NCBI RefSeq assembly: GCF_006345805.1
Contig: NC_043025.1
Span: forward strand, 13,516,001 to 13,580,000
From: Octopus sinensis
Taxonomy: Eukaryota
DNA length: 64,000 nucleotides
Reading direction: 5' to 3'
The position numbers and the translations under genes were made by a program. This document shows positions 47,795 through 60,282 of this stretch, in pieces (position 1 is the first letter of the stretch; the number at the start of each line of letters is the position of its first letter). Under the pieces are notes generated by a model. It was not told where the DNA came from. It searched no databases and saw only the letters and a program-made list of their open reading frames with translations.

Positions 47795-48040
47795 AATCAT
47801 CATCATCATTGTTCGACCGTGGTCGAGACAATGGAATTTACCATGCTACGCCAGACTTCAGGGTCAATCATGGCATTACAGAGGTCCTGTTGCTGGATGC
47901 CTGTATCCCTGGAGATTACATCAGGGTAGGAGAGTGTGTGCCCTCTGGTATTGCAAGTAGATGGCTTCCAGAGGAGAAGAGTAGAAATTACCTCTTTTTC
48001 AGCTCTACAACAATGTCCAGCAAACTGGACTCTCCTACCT
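47795..48040 (-). mobile_element. RTE/RTEX-type LINE 3' end (different family)
   Basis: RRVQFAGHCCRAEKEVISTLLLWKP...SYPDVISRDTG...WRSMVNSIVST followed by a TGATGATGA tail. Confidence 0.7.
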
Positions 48041-48224
48041 TTCTTTTCTTTGGGGGACAAACATAGGCACAAAGACACACGCACACTTATATGTATTTTA
48101 TATACACTGGGCTTCTTTCAGTTTCCATCTATACCGAATCCATTCATAAGATTATGGTCGGCCCGTGGCTATAGTAGAAGACATTTGCCCAAGGTGCCAT
48201 GCAGTATCAACTACTTCTAGTTTC

Positions 48225-48605
48225 TCCCCCTGGAGTGTGATGGAATCTGTTTCTTGAGGATCTATACATACATTTGCTCACAACATCATAAGCGGAAAGT
48301 GTAACCCCTCGTAAGAGCTGTTCTTCACTCCTGCTCCAGAGCGTCGGCTGTGGGGTCACTCCGAGAAGCTCTATCTGCGACGATTTCATCTCAATCGAAG
48401 GAGAGGGGCTTTCTCCGTCCGGGTTGCGGATCCGTGGAATAAGCTGCCGGATGAGATGGTGAAGATGCCGACGACCGCTCGGTTCAAAGTCTCCCTTGAC
48501 CACAAGTGGCCTGAACTCTTTACATGAACACCACCCTGTACATAACTCAATGTCGCCCTACATGGCCTTGCTTTTTTCTTTTTGAGCCAAAAAATTAACT
48601 TATTA
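48225..48605 (+). mobile_element. CR1/L2-type LINE 3' end
   Basis: RLWGHSEKLYLRRFHLNRRRGAFSVRVADPWNKLPDEMV, the typical GH..KL / FS.RV..WN.LP C-terminus. Confidence 0.8.
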
Positions 48606-49759
48606 ACTTAACTATATATATAATATTATATATATATATATTATATTTATTTTAATATATATAATATATATTTATATATATATTATATATATATATATAT
48701 TTATATATTATATTATATTTATATATATATAATATATTTATATATAATATTATACATATATATATTTATATATAAATATATATACATATATATATTTATA
48801 TATAAATATATATACATATATATTATAATATATAAATATATATACATATATATATATATGTATATCTATCTATCTATATATATATATATATATATATATA
48901 AATATATATATATATGTATATATATATGACCACCATGCAGTTGGTAAGCAAGCTTCTTTCCACCCACACCCACACACATGCCCAGACAGACGTGTGTGTG
49001 TGTGTGTTTATCACTTGACACCAATTTTTTTTTCTGTTTTGGATAATTGCTTTTTCTTTCAGGTCATTAAAGGCTGTTACCAGCTGCACCACCACCACCA
49101 CCAACAACAACAACACCAACAACAACACCACCACCATCACCACCACCAGAACCAATAATTACCCTGCCACCAATTGTACCATTATAACCACCAAATACAA
49201 TTGCTATCATCCCCCCCCACCCACCGGCACCGCCATCACCACCACCACATCATCACTACCATCACCACGACCACCACCATCCCTACCTCCACTACCACCG
49301 CCACCACATCGTCACTACTACAACCATCACCACCACAACGACCACTGCCACTGCCACCACCATCGCTACATCAATCCACCACCATCACCATCACCATGAC
49401 AACCATAACCATGACAACCACAACCACGACCACCACTACTGCCACCATACCTACTTCAACCACCCCAGTTAACTGTAGTAGTAGTAATAGCAGTAGTAGT
49501 AGTAGTAGTAGTAGTCAGCAGAGTAGTAGCATTAGCAGTGGTAGTAGTTTGACAAGTAGTCAGTAAGGTGGGGTGGGGTTGTGTGGTTGATCCTGCAGGT
49601 ATAGAATCAGAGGTGTTCAGTCAAGCAAATCGACCCCAGGACTTATTCTTTGTGAGCCTAGTACTTATTCTATTGGTCCTCTTTTGCCAAACCGCTAAGT
49701 GACGGAGACGTAAACACACCAGCATCGGTTGTCAACTGATGTAAGGGGAATAAACATGG

Positions 49760-49791
<32 letters not shown>

Positions 49792-50139
49792 TCTATATAT
49801 ATATAATATATATTATATATATATATATACATATATATACATATATGACGGGCTTCTTTCAGTTTCCATCTACCAAATCCACTCACAAGGCTTTGGTCGG
49901 CCCAGGGCCATAGTAGAAGACATTTGCCCAAGGTGCCACGCAGTGGGACTGAACCCAGAACCATGTGGTTGGTAAGCAAGCTACTGACCACACAGCCACT
50001 CTTGCACCTATATATACATACAAACATAAATACCTTGTCGATGTTGTTGGATCTAGGCTAGAAACCAGCTCTTTCTCTCTTGGCAAGAAATCTTGAAATA
50101 AAACTGAATTATAACATGAATTCGATATCGAACCAAATT

Positions 50140-50675
50140 CGACGACTGCCACCCATGCCAACCTCCCCTCATTGGACACCAAACTCTGCTTGCGAAGACC
50201 TGTTGGGGCAAGTGAAATCGGAATTGAACCAAATTCAATGACTGGCACCCGTGCCAGTTGAGCGCTAACAGCGACTCTCTGGCTTGCGTGCCAGTGGCAC
50301 GTAAAAAGCATCATTTGAGTGTGATTGTTACCAGTGTCGCCTTACCTGGCACTTGAGCCGGTGGCACGTGAACAAAACATTTGAATGAGGTTGTTGCCAG
50401 TGCCGTTGGACTGGCTCCTGTGGAGTTGGCATGTAAAAAACACCATTTCGAGCATGGCCATTGCCAGTCCCACCAGACTGGCCCTCGTGCCAGTGGCACA
50501 TAAAGGCACCCACTACACTCTCAGAGTGGTTGGTATTAGGAAGGGCATCCAGCTGTAGAAACTCTGCCAGACCAGACTGGAGCCTGGTGCAGCCATCTGG
50601 TTTGCCAGTCCTCAGTCAAATCGTCCAACCCATGCTAGCATGGAAAGCGGACGTTAAACGATGATGATGATGAAT
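50140..50675 (+). mobile_element. RTE 3'-UTR copy
   Basis: AAGACCTGTTGGGGCAAGTGAAATCG as at 20130; UTR core; (GAT)n tail. Confidence 0.75.
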
Positions 50676-51889
50676 GATGCATGCATACATGAGAGAGTAG
50701 TGTATGATTTGAGGGAGATTGGGCTGATGTTTCTAGCAATTGTAGCTACCATGTATAGGACTCCTTCATTAGCTCAGAGGTATGAAGTAAGAACTGACAA
50801 ATTTCTCTTCAACCAGCATTGGTGAAATCTACTGAGCAGAACAACAGAAGCCAAAAATGGACCAGTTGTCATAAACCAGAAATGACAGAAAGGATTGACC
50901 ATGTCAACAGCTTGACACGTCAATAGGTAGACATGTCAAAAGCCTGTCATAGATAGATAGATTTCTTTATTGGCAACGCAGGGCTGAACACAGAAGGGCC
51001 AAAATACAAAGTAGAGCTTTTCTTTTTGGGGAGAAGAGGAGGAAAAAGAAAAGGGGTCGGATTCCTATCAAAAGGGATCGTGAAAAGAAAAAAAAGTGGG
51101 GACGATCAATAGGGATCGTGTATCACAGAAATGTCAATGTAAAAAGGGAAAACAGATTAGGTTTTTCCGTGGATAGAAAAGCCTACGGAAAAGACCTCGA
51201 GAACCTTTCCCGCATAGGGGTTTGTAGCCCCCCTCCCATATGACCCTTCCAATTTTTTTTTTTTTCACTGATATAATACCAAATTTGGCATGAAGGTTTT
51301 TTCATCACCCGGAGTAGGTTCTAGGGGGCTACAGACCCCACCATACACCCCTTCCAATTTTTTCAGCGGTATAATATTGTTTCACTTTTGACTTCTGATA
51401 TTTTTTCAACAGTATAATAGTTTCATTTTTATTCTTTCACTTTTGATAAGACTATAATATGTCTCACTTTAATTCTTTCACTTTTGACTGCCGATGTTTT
51501 TTCGGTGGTATAATAGCTTCACTTTTGATCAGACTGTAACATTATTTATACTACATACATAAACAACTGCTTACAAAAATAGAGTTTAATGTATAACTTT
51601 TTCTATGTTCATAATTTTTTGTCTACAATATTGAAAGATGTCACCAAAGAAAAGATGTAATCTCTCCAGAAACAAAGCAAGGAAGATTGTAGAAGACAGA
51701 AGGCAAAAGTCTCAAGAGAGAAGAGAGATGAGACTTTCTCAAGATCAGCAAATATTTTGTAAGGTATGCACTTTTATATATCAAAAACAGTTGGGAATAA
51801 TTTAGGAGAAAGAAAATATTCAGAATCATGAAAAAAAGTGTAGGGGAAAAAAATTGGTGTCATTTTTATTTATGGTAATGAAGGAAAAG

Positions 51890-51924
<35 letters not shown>

Positions 51925-52227
51925 GACATATAATCTCTCTATATATAAACAGCAAAATGTCTGTGTGTGTGTCCTTTATACAAATCCACAATTTTTCAGT
52001 TATAGCCCGGGGCTATAGCAGAAGACACAAGATGCCACGCAGTGGGACTGAACCCGGAACCATGTGGTTGGTTAGCAAGCTACTTACCACACAGCCACTC
52101 CTGCGCCTATATATATATATGTAATTAAAGTCAAAATAAGGGTGAAAAAATTGAATATTAATTAATAACATCGATTTAAACACCAAGTGGCCTTGCGTAT
52201 AAAGGACTGGGATACAGTAAATATTAA

Positions 52228-52429
52228 TACAAAACCATAAGAGAGAATCCACTATGTGGACGCTCTAACGCTGGAGTTAATCTATTTTTTCGTTATTTGT
52301 CCTGCTCGCTTACGTTCTTGGCGTGTTGAATTAATTCTTGAGAACAATTCCTTGGTGGTGGATTCCCTTTGCGGATCTATATCTAGCGTTAGAGCGTCCA
52401 CATAGTGGATTCTCTCTTATTGTTTTGTA
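52228..52429. repeat. 45-bp inverted repeat (1 mismatch) with 112-nt spacer
   Basis: TACAAAAC(C/A)ATAAGAGAGAATCCACTATGTGGACGCTCTAACGCT and its reverse complement. Confidence 0.93.
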
Positions 52430-53368
52430 TGTATATATATAAACTCTGCCAGATCAGACTGGAGCCTGGAGCAGCCCCTGGCTTCCCAGACCCCGGTCGA
52501 ACCATCCGACCCGTGCTAGCGCGGAAAACGGACGTTAAACGATGATGATGATGATGATGATGATATATATTTATTTATAACATATATATATATAATGTAT
52601 ATACATATATATGTGTGTGTGTATGTATGTATATATATATATCAAAAATATGGGTGTAGAAAATCACATCTTTAATTGCTGAATTTAGCATACAATGATG
52701 AATGTTGTTTACCCAGTAAGTCCCAACGTACTTAACTCCCTGACTGTTGCTTTCAAATTTTCACAAATAATTGAAAGTAGGTTAAAATGAAAAAAAACAA
52801 AATCAATTATTAAAACTCCTCTACTTTGAGTAGAAATGGAAATACCCAGTGTCCTCTTAACAGGACACTGCGACAATGTGATATAGCTTATTTAAGGTTT
52901 TCATTTCGTGTCCTATTTATAGGACATTGGGACTTAATGGGTTAAGATCATTACTAAATTGACCACCAGGGTCATGCGATGAATTAATTGAGTTGGACTT
53001 ATCAATGAGATTTTTCATATATTCTTTTCTAGGTGGTAAAGGTATGTCCTTTGACCTTTAGCATGCTGTAGGTGCATTATGTCGCCATATGAGTTATCTC
53101 CCCCTATAGTTACAGGGCAGTGGCATGGGAAACAATTCTAGAGAAAATGCTGTGTGCTAAAGGTTACTCTTTTATTCTTTTGCTTGTTTCAGTCATTTGA
53201 CTGTGGCCATGATGGAGCACCGCCTTTAGTTGAGCAAAGTGACCCCGGGACTTATTCTTTGTAAGCCTAGCACTTATTCTATCGGTCTCTTTTGCCGAAC
53301 CGCTAAGTTACGGGGACATAAACACACCAGCATCGGTTGCCAAGCAATGTTGGGGGGACAAACAAACT

Positions 53369-53432
<64 letters not shown>

Positions 53433-54899
53433 CATACATATATACGTTGGGCTTCTTTTCAGTTTCCGTCTACCAAATCGACTCACAAGGTTTTGGTCGA
53501 CCTGAGGCTATAGCAGAAGACACTTGCCCAAGACATTTGTGGTTCGGCAGTGTTTCTACAGCTGGATGCCCTTCCTAACGCCAACCACACCGTCAGTGTA
53601 GTGGGTGCTTTTTACGTGCCACCGGCACTGATGCCAGGTGAGACTGGCAACGGCCGTGATCGGTTGAGGCCAGTCGAGGAGACATTAAATGATAATGATG
53701 GTGATGATGAACACAATGTGTCACCTGGTTCAGGAATCAAATCCCAAATCTTCCAATCACAAGTCTGATACCCTAAGCACAAACCCACGTGTCCTCTACT
53801 GAGTGGGATCATTCGTTGGATATGAAATCCAACCATGTGTAACCCACAACAATAAGAGTTATCCTGGCAACTGAAGCGCTTCGGGTGGATTTTAAGCTGT
53901 GAGATGTGGACCATGCACGCATTTAACGACGAATATTGCAAGCAATGTGTTACCTTGTCATGTGTGTGAATCGTAAGGGTTGGTTGGAGTAAAGCAAGCA
54001 CCAAGATTAAGCTCTTATATAACGATTCATCACTGTTACGTAACGATACATAACTATTATATAACGATTCATAGCTTATATAACAATCCATAATTGTTAT
54101 ATAACGATTTGTAACTGTTACATAACGATTCGTAATTGTTATATAGCAAATCATAACCATTGCAATGAGTAACCCCCGGGATGCAGTAGGAGTGTGTCTA
54201 CTCGGAGACAGACTGATGTGTAAAGTCGTATGGTGTAGTGAGGAGAAGAGGGGGGAGAAGGGGGAGGGGAAGAGAGGGGGGAATGTATGTATATAGGTGT
54301 GTGAATGGGTTTGTGTTGGGGGTGTGGGGTGAGCGTGTATTGAATAGAAAACATGAAAAGCAATTTAATAAATGCAAAATATCATGATGTTACATAAATT
54401 GAAAAACCTGTGGCGCAACTTAGGGTCACCATCATCGCACAATTGTAACAAGAAACATACAAAGAGACACACATATGTATATATATGTATGCACACATAC
54501 ACCATCTATTTATACATTCTCTACAATTTCCCCATTATACACACACGCACACACATATATATACTCTTTTACCCTTTTACTTGTTTCAGTCATTTGACTG
54601 TGGCCATGCTGGAGCACAGCCTTTAGTCGAACAAATCGACCCCCAGGACTTATTCTTTGTAGGCCTAGTACTTATTCTATCGGTCTCTTTTGCCGAACCA
54701 CTAAGTTACGGGGACGTAAACACACCAGCATCGGTGCCAGTACCTCCCCACTGGCTCCTGTGCCAGTGGCACATAAAAAGCACCATCCGATCGTGGCCGT
54801 TTGCCAGCCTCGTCTGGCACCTGTGCAGGTGGCATGTAAAAAGCACCCACTACACTCTTGGAGTGGTTGGCATTAGGAAGGGCATCCAGCTGTAGAATG

Positions 54900-56292
54900 C
54901 AAGACATCTGTGTTTGGAGTAAAAGAACTCCATTTGATTTTTTTTTAAATGCGAAGAAGGCATTTTTGGCGGAATTGTTCTAACAATTTAAAATGCTTTT
55001 CATAGCAATTCCAATTTTCACAAGAATACAACAGGAATGGTAAGACGGATGATCTGTAAAGAGCCAGCCCTGTATTCTTATTTATATGTGGCGAACGGCC
55101 ACGCTCGGATGGTGTTTTTTTATGTGCCACCGTCTGGCACCTGTGTCGGTGGAACATAAAAAACACCATCCGAGCGTGGCCGTTCGCCAGCCTCGTCTGG
55201 CACCTGTGTCGGTGGCACATAAAATCACCCACTACACTCTCGGAGTGGTTGGCGTTAGGAAGGGCATCCAGCTGTAGAAACACTGCCAGATCTGACTGGC
55301 CTGGTGCAGCCTTCGGGCTTCCCAGACCCCAGTTGAACCGTCCAACCCATGCTAGCATGGAGAACGGACGTTAAACGATGATGATGATGATGATGAGGTC
55401 GCTGGCACCAAACACATGACTCCAGGCCACCAAATGCTTTTGTTGTCCTTTGGATTCACAGCTGTATTTCTGTATCAAGATTTCCATAATTTTGGACAGA
55501 GCCTTCAAGTTAGACGAACGAATCAACAGCCGTGAGTAACTTTCCCTTAACAAAAATTTTAGTGGGGTTACAAACAGCACCACACACAGGTTGATGCATT
55601 ACAACTGTTTTTTTCAAGTCGATGGTCAAGCCCAAATCATCACAAGCCGAAGCGAATGCAAATACAAGAGATTGCAGACCTGTTTCAGAATGACTGACAA
55701 GATCTCAATCGTCAGTATACAAAAGTTCCCTAATGAGGCAAGTAAAAACCTTCGTTTTGAATTTCTGTCTGGTCATCATCATCATCATACGTCCGCTTTC
55801 CATGCTAGCACGGGTTGGACGGTTCGACCGGGGATCTGGGAAGCCAGAAGGCTGTATCAGGCTCCAGTCTGATCTGGCAATGTTTCTACAGCTGGATGCC
55901 CTTCCTAACGCCAACCACTCCATGAGTATAGTGGGTGCTTTTTATGTGCCATCCGCACAGGTGCCAGACGGAGCTGGCAAACGGCCACGGACGGATGGTG
56001 CTTTTTATGTGCCATCCGCACAGGTGCCAGACGGAGCTGGCAAACGGCCACGGACGGAGGTGCTTTTTATGTGCCACCGGCACGGGGCTAGGCGAGGCTG
56101 GCAACGGCAGATGAAGAATATTCACTGTTGTTTGATATTTTATGTAAATACCCTCCTCAGAGTTTTGAAAAGCATCTGACAACACAACAGCAAGTATATT
56201 GCAAAAGAGGTGGCTGCATCAAGGTCTCCTTGCTTCACTCCATTTTCCACAGCAAAAGATTCAGGGAGCCTACCACCAAAATTAACTCTAGC
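54900..56292 (-). mobile_element. Old BovB-like RTE RT fossil split by two younger RTE-tail insertions (55087-55395 +, 55771-56110 -)
   Basis: Collinear minus-strand pieces ENGVKQGD (approx 56230), RELLYTDD...INLKKTVVM (approx 55700-55600) and LYRSSVLPFLLYSCENW (approx 55050). Confidence 0.78.
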
Positions 56293-56294
56293 TT

Positions 56295-56336
56295 TCATAT
56301 ATACATATATATATACATATATATATATTATATACA

Positions 56337-56367
<31 letters not shown>

Positions 56368-56507
56368 TATATACATATCTATATATATATATATATATAT
56401 ATTATATACATATATAATATATCTACATATCTATATATATAATACATATATATATATATATACTATATATCTAATATATACATATATACATATATATACA
56501 TATATAC

Positions 56508-56557
<50 letters not shown>

Positions 56558-56584
56558 TATATATATATACATATATATATATAC

Positions 56585-56630
<46 letters not shown>

Positions 56631-56759
56631 ATACATACATATTATATACATACATATATATACCATACATATATATACATACATATATATATACATATAT
56701 ATATATATACATATAGATATATATATATATATATACATATATATAATATATACAGATAC

Positions 56760-56790
<31 letters not shown>

Positions 56791-56885
56791 CATATTTTTA
56801 ATCCAAACGGGAAACAAAAAAAACAACAACAATGGAACAATTACAGTATTATTATTATATAATATACATATATATATATATATAG
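56295..56885. repeat. Long (TA/TACA)n tract (similar at 8780-9020 and 48610-48925)
   Basis: Direct reading. Confidence 0.95.
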
Positions 56886-56996
56886 AAATTCGGGGTGAGT
56901 ACTTGATAATTATAAGCACCTGTGTATACCGTTTGGTGGTGTAGGTGGTGGAGTAAATTGATCAAAATAAAATAAAAACATGATGCGAAGGATTCA

Positions 56997-57074
56997 GCGG
57001 TACATATGTTTCGGGCCTTTATTAGACAGATTTATAACAATGCATAATGTATGTCTGTGGCCTTCTTCAGCCGC
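56997..57074 (-). ncRNA. Type I hammerhead ribozyme with an A10.1-C11.1 mismatch
   Basis: GCGG CUGAAGA AGGCC-ACAGA...UCUGU...GGCCC GAAA C-AUAU-G U A | CCGC. Confidence 0.72.
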
Positions 57075-57269
57075 GCACAACAGCTTCCACAAGGACATGT
57101 GTTACATCAAAAATTCTTGGTTGGGGATGCAAATCCTCTCATTCACGTACGACATATCTCTAGTGGCTGCTATCTCTAGTGGCTGAGTGTCCACCATTGA
57201 CAGGACCAAGGAAGGTCGAAATCAGGTGGTCTCAGTGCTGCTGATGGCAAGGATTTGTCCCTGAAGGAG

Positions 57270-58062
57270 AGTATATACTCTCCTTCATTTTCTACAATGC
57301 TCTTCCATCTCTCTGGTAGACTTGCAAGGCACCTCTTCCGAAATTCACTTGTCTGTGACAAAAAATACTCCTCCGGTACTGTTCTGACCTCGTCTACAGA
57401 ATTCATATTTTTTCCATCCATGTGTTGAACATGGTGGGTGGGGCATCGTTTCCAATTCAAACTGCTCCAACCTTTGGAATGTCATCCTCGCTGTATATAG
57501 CCGAGCATTACCATGATGGAAGAACACCTTTTGTCCTGGAATCAATTTGTTGACTTTTCCGATGGCATCCAGGTGTCAATGAATGGTTGAATGACCAAAT
57601 CCAAGCTTCTCTGCTAGTTCCTCAACAGTTGCAATGGGATTTTGTTCCACTAGGCTTTGCAGGACATCCTCATTCAGCTCTGAAGATCTTCCAGGACGAG
57701 ACTTGTCTTCTAGGCTGTAGTTTCTGGCATGGAATTTCTAGAAGAGGCATTGACACTGGCTTTCACTTATTGTCAAATCCTCAGATACTACATTAATATT
57801 CCTCACACTTTCCATTCCTCACACTTTCGTTGCCTTTATTGAACTCATAAAGCAAAATATGCTTGTTTGTCACTTCCATTATAGCTTTGAAAAAATAACT
57901 GTTGAAATCAAATTGCACTCTTCGAAACTTGCACCAAGAATAAGGACAAGGTAAACTTACTACCTGCTTTTGTTGTAAGTTGATGTAGGTGGGTTATCCT
58001 GACCCCCTCCAACTATTAATTCATGTAATCGAAAAACTGCATTATTTATGGGATGACCCAGT
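57270..58062 (-). mobile_element. Internally deleted mariner element with one TIR
   Basis: TA-CTGGGTCATCCCATAAATAATGC terminus at approx 58060; LEDKSRPGR...TVEELAEKLG, then HHGNAR.YTA...MPHPP and LPERW...EGEY; most of the DDD domain is missing. Confidence 0.8.
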
Positions 58063-58102
58063 ATTATCTCTCAATATTAACACCACCTCTGTTGCTAATA
58101 TA

Positions 58103-58745
58103 CATCATCATCATCGTTTAACATCCGCTTTCCATGCTAGCATGGGTTGGACGGTTCAACTGCGGTCTGGCAAGCCCGAAGGCTGCACCAGGCCAGTCAG
58201 ATCTGGCAGTGTTTCTACAGCTGGATGCCCTTCCTAACGCCAACCACTCCGTGAGTGTAGTGGGTGTCTTTTATGTGCCACCGACACAGGTGCCAGACGA
58301 GGCTGGCGAACGGCCACGCTTGGATGGTGTTTTTTATGTGCCACCGACACAGGTGCCAGACGAGGCTGGCGAACGGCCACGCTTGAATGGTGTTTTTTAT
58401 GTGCCACCGGCACAGGTGCCAGACGAGGCTGGCGAACGGCCACGCTCGAATGGTGTTTTTTACGTGCCACCGGCACGGAGGCCAGGCGAGGCTGGCACGG
58501 CCACGATCAGATGGTGTTTGTTACGCGCCCACAGCACGGAGGCCAGTCGATGCGGTACTGGCTACGGCCACGTTCGGATGGTTTTCTTATGTGCCACCAG
58601 CACTGGTACCACAAAAATACAAATTCCATTGATGTTCATCGATTTTGATTTGGTTTGATTTTCACTTGCCTTAACAGGTCTTCACAAGTGTCCCAAGAAG
58701 GAAGGTATGCACAGGTGGACTGACTACGTCCCAGGTAGGGGCTAT
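58103..58745 (-). mobile_element. RTE 3'-UTR copy with tandem internal repeats
   Basis: (CAT)n tail, UTR core, 4-5 approx 57-nt repeats. Confidence 0.78.
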
Positions 58746-59308
58746 GGGTTATGGCCTCACGTGTCTTTTCAAATCACAAAGTTATAGAAATTAACGAAAT
58801 AGTCCATGAATTCTGTGAAGGTAATGACTGTGCATATACCATATTTGATAGACAAAGATGACATCGAATTAATATATTCTTGTCGTGTTTTGATAATGTT
58901 TGTAGCTGCATAAATTAACATAAATTAACATATATAATATACTTGATGAAATTGTGTGATAACTCAACCACCTTATAAAGCATAGGTTTCTGACCTATGA
59001 TTGTTTAGTTGTAAGATAATGATCCCAAAAGTTGCGAAATCCACTCAGAAGTAGAATGATGAAGGACATCAGACACAATGAAAGCTTCAAACAATACAAA
59101 CAGTCTAAAAAAAACAAACACATTTACACATAAAGGCGCAGGAGTGGCTGTGTGGTAAGTAGCTTGCTTACCAACCACATGGTTCTGGGTTCAGTCCCAC
59201 TGCATGGCACCTTGGGCAAGTGTCTTCTACTATAGCCCTGGGCCGACCAATGCCTTGTGAGTGGATTTGGTAGACGGAAACTGAAAGAAGCCCATCGTAA
59301 TATGTATA

Positions 59309-59348
<40 letters not shown>

Positions 59349-59358
59349 TATATATACA

Positions 59359-59498
59359 CTTTATTTAAAGCAGCAGAAATTCAACAAAACCTGTTACTCT
59401 GAGTTTCATGTTCCCATTTGCAAAAACTGTCCGACGAACGGAAACGTGAAACTCAGAGTAACAGGTTTTGTTGAATTTTCTGCTGCTTTTAAATAAAG
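59359..59498. repeat. Approx 50-bp inverted repeat with 38-nt spacer
   Basis: 59359-59408 vs 59447-59498, differing only in two homopolymer lengths. Confidence 0.93.
59422..59469 (+). ncRNA. Minimal type I hammerhead-like motif (U4C) inside an inverted repeat
   Basis: AAAAA-CUGU CCGACGA ACG-GAAA-CGU GAAA CU-CAG-AG U A | ACAG-G-UUUU. Confidence 0.6.
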
Positions 59499-60282
59499 CA
59501 TATTACTCTACCACTGGTATTTGAGTACTCTTTTTTCCACCTTGTTTCACATTTATGTGTTTACTCCAGTATATGTGTATGTGTTTGTGTGTGTGTGTTT
59601 GTCCCCCTAGCATTGCTTGACAACCGATGCTGGTGTGTTTATGTCCCCCTTACTTAGCGGTTCGGCAAAAGAGACCGATAGAATAAGTACTGGGCTTACA
59701 AAAGAATAAGTCCCGGGGTCGAGTTGCTCGATTAAAGGCGGTGCTCCAGCATGGCCGCAGTCAAATGACTGAAACAAGTAAAAGAGGGTGTCCCAGAATG
59801 AACTATTTCAAGGAAATTAGGCAATTTTTCAAAAAAAATTTCTTTTATTTGTTTATCATGTTCAACCCTTTCGTGTTCAGATTAATCTGCCAAAGGAAAT
59901 GGTTATGCATTCACATTGTTTTGAATTAATTCTGCATTATTTCATAGCTTTGGGATTTCGATGGTGTGAGAGTTTGTTGGACACAGCGTGAGACGACTGT
60001 TGTTATCGCTAGGCCTAACTCATCGTAAAGTCAATACCACCATGACTGATATCCAATCTACAGTGGAGAAGGCCACTGGATTTGGTTAAAAAGAGACGAT
60101 GAACGATGGCTAGAAGTATATTGAGTTCTTCATAACCAGCTGATCTAGCAAGCGGGGCCTCATATTAGTGAGGGGAGCCAGTGCGCATTGATGCCGTCGA
60201 GAGGTAGGCCCCGAAACAGCGCGCATTCTCTCCGGATGACCCCATACACTTGCTAGCTTCCGGTATACGGAGCTTTTAACTG

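Noticed and set aside
49062-49566. His/Gln/Thr-rich ORFs after an acceptor
   Set aside because: Trinucleotide low complexity; coding status unsupported.
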